Source: Lingula anatina (taxonomy: Eukaryota > Animalia > Brachiopoda). Taken from it: a DNA stretch of 64,000 nucleotides. The notes beneath the pieces were generated by a model that ran no database searches, was not told the origin of the DNA, and saw nothing but the letters and a program-made list of their open reading frames with translations. The stretch lies in contig CM120642.1 of NCBI GenBank assembly GCA_051362555.1, positions 4,588,001-4,652,000 of the forward strand. The letters run 5' to 3'. The translations under genes and the position numbers were made by a program. Positions 41,001 to 54,185 of this stretch are shown here, one piece after another; position 1 is the first letter of the stretch, and each line of letters starts with the position of its first letter.

Positions 41001-44000
41001 GACAACGGCCAAAGGTTACGAGTGGCTGAATCTCAACTTGACGACACTGCCCTCTATAGGTGTCAGGCAGAAAATATTGCTGGAAAGACGGAGAAGAAGA
41101 TAGACTTGGAAATACAAGGTGAGGAAATATATCAGTGAAGGATTTTGACTTCATTGTTTATGAAATGTCATTTAACAGAAGGGTTTATTACACCTTTTTT
41201 CCTCTTGGTTACAATGAAAAAGTACTGCGTTTCTTATAACCATTAATAGTAGTTGTTTACACAACTGTCATAGGTGAATAGGGTTATATTCTCAATAAAC
41301 ATAATCAGCCCATTTTCAATATATACCTGGTCTATTTTGGATCTGTTCAATCTTGAGATGATTTCTGTTTCCTGAGGAACATACAATCTAAACAGCAGCC
41401 TGTGGCACTATTAATAATCACCCATAGTCGCCAGTACTTCTATGACTTAGTCTCAATTACCTGATCAACATATTTTCCAGAGCCCCCAAGGATTGATGAA
41501 ACCAGGGTCACATCTAAGAACAACACTGTGATTGTCAATGACACCTTTGAGATAGATTGTCCTGTGATTGGGACACCAAAACCTCTCATTGTGTGGTTCA
41601 AAGATGGAGAAGTGCTGGACCCTTCTAAGGTACAATATCAGTACTTTTTAGTCAGAATTTTGGGGAATTCGTGAAGCTTCCTTTGGCTCTGCCAACAACA
41701 TGAAAAATATGTCATTCATGTGCATGTAGTTCATGCTCTAAATGATAAAACAGCAGCTGAAAACAAATGGTTTCAGTTTTCACAAATAGCCATAATACAT
41801 GTAGGTAAATAAAAATATGGGAGCCTTGTTTGTGGTTATTTGATTCAGAAACATAGCTGACTTTTGTTTGATTTTATTTATTATTATTATTTATTGATTG
41901 ATTAATTTTTGTCATTTCTAGGATAACATTCAAGTTCTTCTTGGTGGTAAAAAGCTTCGTATTCTGTCAGCAGAGGTTGAAGATACTGGAGATTATCAGT
42001 GTAAAGCCACAAATGTTGCAGGAGAGACCAAGAGAAACTACAAGCTTGAAGTTCACGGTAAGTGGGAATGACATAAGCACATTGTTAAATTTGTGAATTG
42101 AATTCCTGTGATACATGTAATATAAAGCTATTTTCCTATAATTGTAACTGCTAGGATTAATGTTCACTGGTAATTAGTGACTAGAGAAAAACAATGATAT
42201 ATATATTTTCCTGATGAGGATGTTTTGGTAGAATTGTTGACTCATGATCGTGTGACAAAATTATTTTTAGCAATTAATTCATGGCTTTCTTAAAGAAAAT
42301 TTATGCCAAAAATTAAAGCTATAGCAATTCAGTTTCTATCTTGATACATGAAAAAGCTCAAGTAGCTTTAATAACTTTGGTTCATTAGATGAGTGTATTT
42401 GTTTCAGTTCCACCAAAGATTGATGACTCAGATGAAGTGGCAGTCCCAGAGGTAGTTCTGAATCGCACCATTGTCATCATCTGTCCTGCTTCGGGCATCC
42501 CCATCCCAGAGATTGCCTGGTTTAAAGATGGCAACATGATCACCCAAAACACATCTCGTTGGACCATTTTGGCCAATGGGAGACAACTTGAGGTGCGGCA
42601 GGCCCAGGTCTCAGACACTGGGCGCTTTCAGTGCAGAGCAAAAAATGTTGCCGGAGAGTCTGAAAAATACTTTGATTTGACAGTCTTAGGTGAGTCGGGA
42701 ATGCGTATATCCAGCATAGAATTTCTTTAGCTCTTTTATGCACTCAGAGTTTGAGTGGTAGTTTCTTCTAACAACAGCTGATCTTGGGTAAATTCAACAA
42801 ATGCAATTTATATTGGAGTTAAAATACTTTGATGTTAGCTTGAAGTGTTTGAAGAAAAATGTAACTTTGGAATGGTTATACATCATATTAAAAATCATTC
42901 AACATCCTAGAGAAATTTGTCCAACAAGGAGACTGGTAGCCATTTTTCATGACTGTGAACCACCCATCTAATGATCTGTTTTCCAATTATGTTCCAGTTC
43001 CTCCTTACATTGACAAAACCAACATCATCGATAAGCCCAAGGTGGTTGTAAACCAAACAATTACCATCAGCTGCCCTGCCAATGGTATCCCAGACCCAGA
43101 AATAGTCTGGCTGAAAAATGGAGAATTGCTGAACTATAAGACCCATCCTGATATAAAATCACTGTCCAATGGTCGACAACTGGAGATACGCAAGGCCAAG
43201 GTCACTGACACTGCAGTCTATAGGTGCCTTGTTATGAACAAAGCAGGAGAAGATTTCACTGATTTTACGCTGCAAGTTTTAGGTGAGAAAATGAACCTGT
43301 TTACCAAAATTGAGATGAGATGACAGAAGGCTAAAATGACTTATTCTGGTCTTAGATATCAGTCTGGTTGCCCTTGTTTTAAAGTGATAACAACTTTTTA
43401 AAGATATGGTTTGCCTTAGTGATATTTCAGTTAGAATGTAAGTTTTTATAGTTTTATAATGTATGTTTTGGTAATTTTGGTAATTTTTTAATTTGATTTT
43501 TCCCCATTGCAGTGCCTGCCTACATTGGCAAGAGAGGCGTGGATGAAAAACCAAGGATTATTGTGAACAACACATTTTCATTGAGTTGTCCTGCTGCTGG
43601 CATACCAACACCAGACATTTTGTGGTTGAAAGATGGCTTCCCTATCAGACTGTCTGAAAATCCAAATATACAGGTGATCTCAATTTTTACTAAAAAATTA
43701 TGAAGAAAGCAAGGTCAGAAGGTGAATGGGGTGAATGTATGAGAATAAGTAGTATGTACGTTATTGGTGATCTGATAGTGATGCTTGAGTTGTGGCACAT
43801 TTCATATTTGTTGAATTTTCATTTATAAAGTGTTTAATAAAGTTTACCTTTAATTAAAAATTCTTGATGTTTTTTAATGTGTAAATGATTGTATGTACAT
43901 GTAAGTGGCACACAGATGTATTTGTAGTGTGACTTTTTAAGAAATTTATTATGATTATTGTTATTTTATAGGTACATGAGAATGGTCTCCGCCTGGAGAT

Positions 44001-47000
44001 CCGTGACTCCCAAGTTGATGACACTGGCAGGTACACGTGTAGAGCTGTCAATGAGGCAGGGGATGCTGAACAAGACTATGATGTTCAGATTTGGGGTAAG
44101 AATAATTGACTTTAGTCTCATTTATCTCACTTTCAACCTAAAAACATTAAGAGCTGATTTTTAAACATACTACACACTTATTTTTTTTTATAAAGTAAAA
44201 ACTGTTCCTAGACTTAGATGGATAAAGTGTGGTGTACAAGTGACTTATTCAAACTCAAGTAGAATCTCCATAAATTACATTTTTTCCTTTTTAATTCATT
44301 AATCCTTAAATCAGGTCACAAATGATGTAAAAACATGTACATCACTATTTAATCCTCATTTTTCAGAAAATATGTTGGATCAAAGCATAATGCTAATTTC
44401 TTATGGGGAATTTTGAGGAGGCTAAAATGATTTTTCCCTGTTTGCAGACGAGCCAGATTCAACAGTATTAAGGTCAGTGTTATTATCTTTTCAGTCCCAC
44501 CAACCATTGACAAGTCCCTCATTGATCCAGACCCCAATGTCATCGTGAATAACACCATCGTAATTGACTGTCCCGCAGAGGGTATTCCAACACCAAAGAT
44601 CACATGGTTACGCAATGGGCAGCAGTTTGACACCACATACAGCGAGTACTACAAAATTCTAGCAGGTGGTTTACAGTTGGAGATATCCAATGCACAGGTC
44701 TCGGATGAAGCCATGTATATATGTATTGCTGAGAATGATGCAGGGAGAGCACACCAGGAGTTTGAACTGGACGTTTGGGGTAAGTTTTATTAAATCTTTT
44801 TTTTTTTTCCTTAAAACATGATGAATTATTGAATAAATGAAAGACCTTTTGAATATGTGAATTAATAGCAAATTTCTTATTCATGCATGGATAGTGTTAT
44901 TTTGTGTTTTTATATTAACTTTTGCACTCAAAAGCTTTTACACCAAAAATATAACCAAAACCTATGATTTATGACAGTCCTTGCATTTGATTGACAGCAA
45001 ATTTTGTCCAATATTTTTCAGTCCCCCCATACTTTCCACGAGGCACTGAGCTCTCCTCCTCCCACAAGGTGATTAAAGACTACACCACAGTCCTTCACTG
45101 TCCAGTAATGGGACACCCTGAACCCACCATCACCTGGCTGAAAGAAAGGCAGACAGTCGAGGAGACGAGCAGGATTCACATCCTCAATGGTGGAAGACAG
45201 CTTGAGATCATGTTCGCCAAGGAGTCAGACACTGCTGGATATGTCTGTATAGCAGAAAATGTTGCTGGGCAAGCTAAAAAGGATTTCCAGTTACACGTGT
45301 TAGGTATAAGTGATAAAGATATGTGACATGCATCAGATATGAAGTTCAGGGTACCAAATATAATTCATGTCTCTTTCCAGTTGTCAGGTGCAAGAAAAGA
45401 TAAATTTTTTAGGTTGAAGTCACTGAATTTTTTAATAGATTTACTAATTGTTAGAAAACATGCATTTATCCAAGTTCTTTTTCAGTTAAGATTTTTCAGT
45501 GTAAACTAATTTATCTTTGCAGTTCCACCTAGTATTGACAGATCCAACATAGTGGAGAACCCGAAGGTCATCGTCAACCGAACGGTCATCCTAGAATGTC
45601 CAGTCAAGGGCATCCCCAAACCAGAGGTAGAATGGCTGAAGAATGGACGCACCCTAGAGCAGGATGACCATGTGAAGATATTGTCCGATAGCCGTCAGAT
45701 TGATATCATGCATGCCCAGGAGAGCGACACGGCCAGATACACCTGTATTGCCAGCAATGAGGCTGGAAACCTGAGACAGCATTATGACCTGGAGGTGCTG
45801 GGTAAGGCTTGGAAACTGATTCTGACTATGATTTGCTTTATCAAAATAACATGAGGCTAACTGGTTCAAAATGCAAGTTAATTACAGTCTGTTAAGGCTG
45901 TAAGAGCAAGGCTATCAGTTTACTTAGTATATAGGTGCCCTCATTGCCCTGTTTTAATCCAATATGTACATGAATCTGGTAGTATGGCTGTGAACACAGT
46001 CTCTACACCATCTTTTATGATAATTATGATTGGAATAACTTAAATGCAAAATCATATTCCTGCAATAATACCCGACATTAAATATCCTTCAGTGCCACCA
46101 TCTATTGACGACAGCAGGTTGCTGAAAAAATTCAGTGTGATTCAAAACCGCACTGTTTTCATTGAGTGTCCCGCCGTTGGTATTCCTCCACCCTCTATCC
46201 TGTGGCTGAAGAACCGAGAACCTCTTCTTGACTTCCCCTACAGATACTTGGATATATCATCCAATGGGCAAAGACTACAGATACGGAACACCCAAGTGAC
46301 TGATGCTGCCACCTATACTTGCATTGCAACCAATGTTGCTGGACAGTTGGAAAGAAAGTTTCAACTTGAAGTTTATGGTAGGTCCTGATCCTAAAATTTT
46401 ATAAGATTTAAGGAAAGTAAAGAAAATAGTTGATGGTGAAGAAAATATTTATATTATACCCATTCAAAATAAAAGATTTGGTAAAAATTGAATTTCTTAA
46501 TGGTTAAAATGTGAGCCATTTATGTGATAAGTGAATACTTACTAAAATGTGAATCCAGGGCTTTGTGAAAAGAGGATATGCAAACATATTGACATAGACT
46601 TTCTATTAGTCTGACAAATAATAAGATTACTTAAGAGAAGATGGTGCCCTTGTCGTCCACACCTCTCAAGTATACCAATGAAATTAATTTGCTATTTTGC
46701 TTTTATAAAGGAACAAAATCCATGCTATATTTCAGTTCCCCCAGTGATAGTTGATGCTGGCAAGCCACCACAGAAGCTGAATGTGGTGGTGGAGAGACCT
46801 ATCTCCATTGAGTGTATTGCTGAGGGAATCCCCCCACCCACCATCAGGTGGTTTAAAGGAGGGGAGGAGATGAATGTGGATGCTGATCCACATATAACGT
46901 AAGTAAACTAAGGTGTCATTTGCTTGTTGTCCAATTTATAGTTGGTTGGAATTTTTTTTTTTTTTAAAGAAAAAGAACAGTTAATTTTTATCTATATGGT

Positions 47001-48853
47001 TTTTGTTTGTTTAAATATTGTTTGTTAAGTTTTACTGAACACTACTTGTAAGATTTATGTCAGTGGTTAGAAGAGTTTTTAGCAAAGGGAAATGAAAATA
47101 TGAGTTTCTTTTATATGTTTTAGCTTTGGCTTAACACTTTGACTTCCACTTGAATTATGTAATTGGGAGTCAGATGTGCTTAAGCATTGTTTTTTATATG
47201 AAATTCTATTTGTCTTAATTCTATTTCATTCCATTTTTCTGATAAATAAATAAACTGTTTGGAAATAAACTAATTATGTGTTTCATTAGCATCCATACTA
47301 ATGGCCGAGTCCTGGAGATAACAAGTGCTCAGGTAAAAGACACATCGTCATACACTTGCCGTGCTGAGAATCCTGCTGGTATGGCCGAGAGACACTACAT
47401 TCTAGATGTTTATGGTGAGGTTTATATTTGAAAGTATACTATTAAATTCAAATTCTGTTTTTAAATTTTTGGTGGATTAAAATCCAAGATGTCACATCGG
47501 TATTTTTCATAAGGAGTGTTTTTAAAGCCTTATGCTAGTCTGAAGTCAATGACATTGCTTCTTTCTCTTGGAAACTTCAGATATAGTCGACTGTAAATGC
47601 AGATGAACAGTTTTCAATCTTGTTGATTTCTGTTACATACGACTGGATGATTAACATTCACAGTATTATAACTGATGATGCTACAAACACTTCAGATATG
47701 TGATTATAAGTGATTATATTCATTAATATTTTAATCATCATTTTTTATCTCCAGTGCCTCCCTCTATCAACGGTTCAGAAAGATTGGAGCAGCTTACAGT
47801 TACCATCAATCGCCCAATTGCAATCAAGTGCCCTGCAGAGGGCATTCCATCCCCACGAATATCGTGGGAGAGAGAAAGTATCCCTATCTCACCCTTGGGA
47901 ACTCCTAACATAAGGGTGTATGAAAACGGAAGACGTTTGCAGATTTTGAGTGCGCAGTTGCGAGAAATTGGATCCTATGCCTGCATCGCTGTCAACCCGG
48001 CAGGAAGAGCCATTAAGAATTTTGACTTGGATGTTCAGGGTAATTGACTCCAGCCATGGTTGCAATTTTACAAGCAGCAGTGCTTATGGTTGGCCTTAAT
48101 ATTGTACTACAAAATGTTTCATTGTATATTTATATATAGCTATTTTTTGTGGGGATTTCACTGATCTACAATGTAGTTTCAGTTTTTATTTACGTATGTT
48201 TTTTATGATTTCTTTTCTCAGTTCCACCAACAATAGAAGATGGCCAGACAGAGGTTGCCTCTATTGTAGATACCAGGACTACATTAGAGTGTCAAAGTGT
48301 TGGACTGCCTGACCCAGAGGTGAGTATTATGACTTGACGTGGCCGCATGTTTCGACATTTGCTAAGACAAAGTTGCTGTCATATTTGTTATACATTCATG
48401 ATTTCTCTGGTTTGGAAAAATGTTTTTCTATGTTTAGTTAATGAGAATAGTTATCTGCAACAAGATGCAGAAGAAATAGATTTTATTATTACTTAATTTG
48501 AAAAATCTCTGTTTCACATATAACTAATTTGCTTATGCTGGCTATTCCAGGCTATCATGTCCTAGCATAATCTATCAATGTCCTTGAAATTCCACTTTGA
48601 AATCTCCATTCATTGATACATATTTTAGGTAACATGGACCAAAGATGGCACAAAACTGTCCTTTGACACAGGTGCTCAGTTACGCTACCGTATGCACAAG
48701 TCTGGTAACCTGGAGTTTGCTGCTGTGAAGGTGGCAGATGAGGGCGAGTACACCTGTACTGCCAGCAACCCTGCAGGTCAAGTGTCCAGGAGAATTAACC
48801 TCAGTGTTTATGGTAAGAGAAACTAGAGGAAAATATCTTTCTCCACAACAACA

Positions 48854-48893
<40 letters not shown>

Positions 48894-51800
48894 GCAGTTA
48901 TGGAAATGAGATATATTGATTGTTAAAGTATTAATGAAATCACATAAAAGCAGGCATCTTCATGTTTTCAAGATCATGAATTGACATTGAAAATCTTTTA
49001 ATCAACCAAAAAATTATTTCAGTCCCTCCAAGTATTGAACGGGGAGAGAAAGAAAAGCGGGTTCTTGTTAAAAACACTGTCATACTCCCGTGCAAAGCAA
49101 CTGGAACTCCCAAACCTATAATTTCTTGGCAGAAAGGAGCAGCACTTCAAACAAATTCCATAGGTAAGTTAATTTTAAGATTAATTTTGTGTTTTATGAT
49201 ATAGCTGATCCTATGTTATATTTGGATGAAAACATCCTTCCCAAACTAGTTATTGTTATTATTATATACGTAACATTCCCTTGCCCATACCCTTGACACA
49301 TTATTTTATTTGTGTTAATTAATGGCATAAAATTTTTGCATTTCTGGATGGCACATTGTGCTGCAAAATTTTGTCTTTGAAAAGACAAAGAAAAACAGTC
49401 AAACTTGTGCTTCAAGTTTTGTTAAGTATCTATGCCTTCATTTATATTGAATGCAGTTATTTTATTCTTGCAGGATTCAGAGAGATTCTTTCCAATGGGT
49501 CCTTGAAAATAGAGAATGCGCGTGTGTCAGATAGTGGCATGTACATCTGTATAGCACAGAACACTGCCGGCACCATCCTGGCCCAGACAAGACTAGAAGT
49601 ATTGGGTAAGCTGGCAAACATAGCCCACAAATTATTTTCAGTTTATTCAGAGTGAACATTTGGTTCACTTTTGGATTAAAATCTGGAAAGTCCTGTTCAT
49701 TTTAACCCTCATCTGTATAAGCTCTGTTTTGATTTTTCTAGCTAGATTAAATTATACCAGATGGTAACCTTAAATGGTAACTGCTTTGTACGAGAAATTT
49801 GAACTTAAATCTCATGAGTGGGCAGTCTCATTAACATGTTTGCATCACAAACTTAATTTGAAAACTAAAAAGAAAAATGTAGAAAAAAGAAGAAAAGAAA
49901 AAGAGAAAAGCTGGCAGCAAGGTGTTAAATGCACCTTGCAATTTTAATTGTCATTTTTTGCAGTACCCCCATTTATTGAAGAGCAGCAGACAGAGTTCAA
50001 GGTCATTCAGGGTCATGGACTCATCATGCCATGCAAATCCATTGGAGTACCAAAACCTAAGATTATCTGGGAGAAAGATGGAGTTGAGATCAGCCCAACA
50101 GACTTCAGTTTCAGACAGATAAGATCAGGAGGTCTAGCCATTCCCATCACCAAGTAGGTCTCTCTGTAATGAGTAATGCTTAATCATGTTATTCTTTATC
50201 AGAATTGTTCATTTGGTTATGTAATGTACAAAATGCTACATTTGTCACTTGCTACATTTTTGCATTAAAATCCATTATAGCAGAAATATTTTTAACTGTG
50301 TGGTAGTCAAAATATAACAAATATGTGCTCTTTCACTTTGATAGGCAAAGCTGATATGTGTGTTATATAATTTCAGAGCCCAGGACTCAGGTACATTCAC
50401 TTGTATAGCTGAGAATGTTGCCGGAAGGGCATCAGTCACCATGGACCTTGTAGTACAAGGTAAACTTCAAGGAAGTTTCCATTCAGTAGCATATACATAA
50501 AACTAGTTAACTTAAAAATTGATGTATATAATGTAAGATTATAATATAGGACTAGTGACTAATTAACTTAAATAGTGGTACCAGTATGTTTACAATAGTT
50601 TCTTAATTGCAGCAGAGATAATGTAATAATCACCTCTACCTAGATTACTTGTCAAACATAATAGACCACTATGTAATACAGCAATGTAATGTGTTTGTAG
50701 TATCTCCAACCATCACTGGCGACCAGCGTATCTTTGTGGTCATCCAAGGAGAGACGGCCATGTTGCCGTGTGTTGCTGAAGGAATCCCCTCCCCACAGAT
50801 CCAGTGGATGAAAGACTTCTCAGGTGTCAGAGACCTGGAGGGAAAGTACAAGATTTTATCTAATGGTACCTTGAGGATTGAAAATGTTAAGGTACATATA
50901 TAGTTATATTTTGATGGTTCTGGATGTGAATAATTAATAAATAAGTCAACATTATGATGAATGATGATAAAATTTGTGGAGTAAATTTCACATATCTAGA
51001 AAACTTTAGGACTGGTTAATTTAAGTTGTATAAAGATTCACAATAAGCAATATATTCTCATTAAATACAGCTTAAACTAAAAAAGTTTTCCATTTGATTT
51101 GTTCAAGGTTAACAGTAATTTGTCATATGTTAAATGTATGGAACATTCAATTTACATGGTAACAGGTCTTTGTTGCTGTGATTTGTGTATGTGTGTGTGT
51201 GTGGGAGGTCTCTTTCACAGAAATTGACCCCTGAAGAGCCAAATGAGATATTTGGAATATGCAGTTATAATAAATAACACATCTTCAATTATCCTTTTAA
51301 GAGGTAGATGAAATATAAACATTTCACAAACTTTGTAGGAACAAGACCAAGGCAGTTATGTATGCAGAGCTGACAATGAAGCTGGCAAAGACTCCAGAGA
51401 AGTACTCCTCAGAGTACAAAGTATGTGATTTTCTATAATAGAAATAGAACTGACAAGAACCACAATCAGTAATTAAAAAACATAGTTGTGTAATCAGGTC
51501 ATTAAAAGTTTTATGCTAATTGACTTCAAACATTGATGAAAAACCCGCGTGCAGATTTTTCAGTTTAACTATGACTCGTTCAATATATAGCCTGTAGTAA
51601 TTTAAGCATATTTAAATTATTCTTTGAATTACCATATATGTGTATCAGTCCATATCTTTGTTTAATATCTATAACATCATGTCATTTATATTATATATTT
51701 TTGATAGATAAATCATTGTTATAATTGTTATTATATCTAATATGTATATTTGCATGATACCAGTTGGCCCACCTTTCATGATCTACAAGAATGTTTTCAG

Positions 51801-53334
51801 CTTGAATGTTTAGTATTCTATATCAGTCGATTCTTACACTGTAACATTATAAGACTAGCTAACATGTATATTTGTATGTTACCAGTTGGTCCATCATTCA
51901 CGGTGATCCCCCAGGACCAAGAAGTGACCACAGGTGGACGTATCCAGTTAGAGTGCGAGGCCGTGGGGATGCCTACTCCAGTCGTGACATGGTCTGTTAA
52001 CGGATCTTATCTTCCAGGTAATAATGGTATCATTGAATTTTTGATCAATTCTTTCTCTGTCTCTTGACCACCTAAAAAAACACCTAAAATAATTTTATTG
52101 ACATCTACTTTTGAAATTAAAGCAGATATGTGAAATCTTATTTTTTGTTGACATTTAGTTTTTCAGTCTTTTGTTCTGATATCAATATCCCTGTTTTGCC
52201 ATAAGAATTTATATACATATTTTAATGCTTGCATGTACACTAACATCATTTTGCCAGTATGGACTCTGTGTACAATTTTTTCTCCTTCTTTCCACTTCAG
52301 CTGCACCAAGTGTGAACGGTAGAAGTCGCTTGGTGATTGATAATGCCATGAAAGATGATGATGGCACATATACATGTGAGGCAGAGAATCCAGCAGGGAA
52401 AAGGAAAGTTGTGGCAGCTGTCAGGGTCAAAGGTGAATGAAAATAAGAAAATTTTGATTTTTTTGATTATTAAAATAATGATTTAATGTTGTTGTTAAAC
52501 AGTTTGTTTTCATTTTATTCTGACAAAGCGTTTATGATCAGAGAAGCATCAGTGATTTTGTTGAATGTGTGTATTTTATTCATGAATTGTTGAATCACTG
52601 GTAGTGTTGTGCATTAATTATGTGGCTTGCCTTTCATAGTAACATAATACAAAACCCTGTATTTTAAAGATATTATGAAATAATCAGTCAGCAGCTGACC
52701 CAACAATTTTCATAATTATACATAGGTTAATGCCATTGCTGTGTTTCCTAAGCATGCATTAAAAAAATTTTGAACAAAATTTCGTTCTCTTCTTTCAGTC
52801 CCACCAAAGATACTGCTGCCCCCTGGTAACAGAGCAGTGACCATTGCCCAGCGTATCATACTGTCCTGTCCAGTCAGCGGTGACCCCGCACCCACCATTA
52901 TCTGGACCAAGAATGGCCGCCCCGTCCAGCTAAACAATAGGGTCCAGCAGCTGTCCAATGGCTCTCTTATTATTTATGATTCTACTGTGAGTTGCTCTCC
53001 TAAATAAGGCTGAAAACATTAAGAAATCTTATTCATTAAAAAAATTTATCATAAGAAATCTTATTAAATAAAAAAAATATGTGTTGATCAGTGCTGTGAT
53101 TTAGACTTCAAAGTCCCTCAAACACTGAAGGTTTCAATTTAATTTTAGTTTTAGGACTTCAGTTGTGATGCAATAAATTTAACAACTTCTCATGTATGTC
53201 TCCTATTATACCAGACATCTGATGCAGGAGAATACAAGTGTGTTGCCACAAATGATGCAGGAACATCTGAGAGCAGTGCATTTATCACAATAAGGAGTAA
53301 GTATTCATTTTGTTTACAATGCATCACTATTCTT

Positions 53335-53365
<31 letters not shown>

Positions 53366-54143
53366 TTATTATTATTATTATAAAAAGTGCTGGTAGTAGT
53401 AGTGGAAAAACCATTATTACTACATTATTACCATCATTCATACAGTTCCTATTACCATTTATGCAATTATTTAATGCAGTAAGCAAACTTTTTTTTTAAT
53501 TTTGAAAAATGATACTCTGCATGTTTCCCCTATATCTTTTCATTCAGAGGCCCCAGATTTCAAGTTAGAGCCCAAGGACATCAAGATAGACCAGGGTGCC
53601 ACACTGGTGTGGGACTGTGTGGCTGAAAGTGAACCCGCAGCTGAAATAACCTGGAAGAGAGAGACTCCCTACCAAACTGTGCTGTCCACACATGATAGGA
53701 TTACTATTTTGCAAAATAATTCTTTGAGGTACAATGAAAAAGTTTTGAAAGTCAATGCTGATTTATACGTGATGCTGTCTTTTAAAATAATGCATCAATT
53801 TGACACTATTACCTGTGAAAAAAAAAATGAAAATTTTAACTCCAGTATTTTGTCTTATACTTCAGGATTGTAGCCACTCAGTTAGAAGACTCTGCCCTGT
53901 ACACATGTTTAGCAAAGAATCCACTAGGAAGAGCATTGGTACAAGCACAGTTGACTGTTGTAGGTATGTAAACAGTAGTTATCAAGACTCAAATGATTTC
54001 TGAAGAATTTCAGCATCTTTTGTCATTTTTAGCTGTCTGAATCTAAATTTCCATCCAATTTCTATCCAAAAGTTCTATCCATTTTCTCAAATTTGGTCAA
54101 CTAAGGCTCTAAAAATGTTTTCCACCTATATTTAACCCCCCCA

Positions 54144-54185
<42 letters not shown>

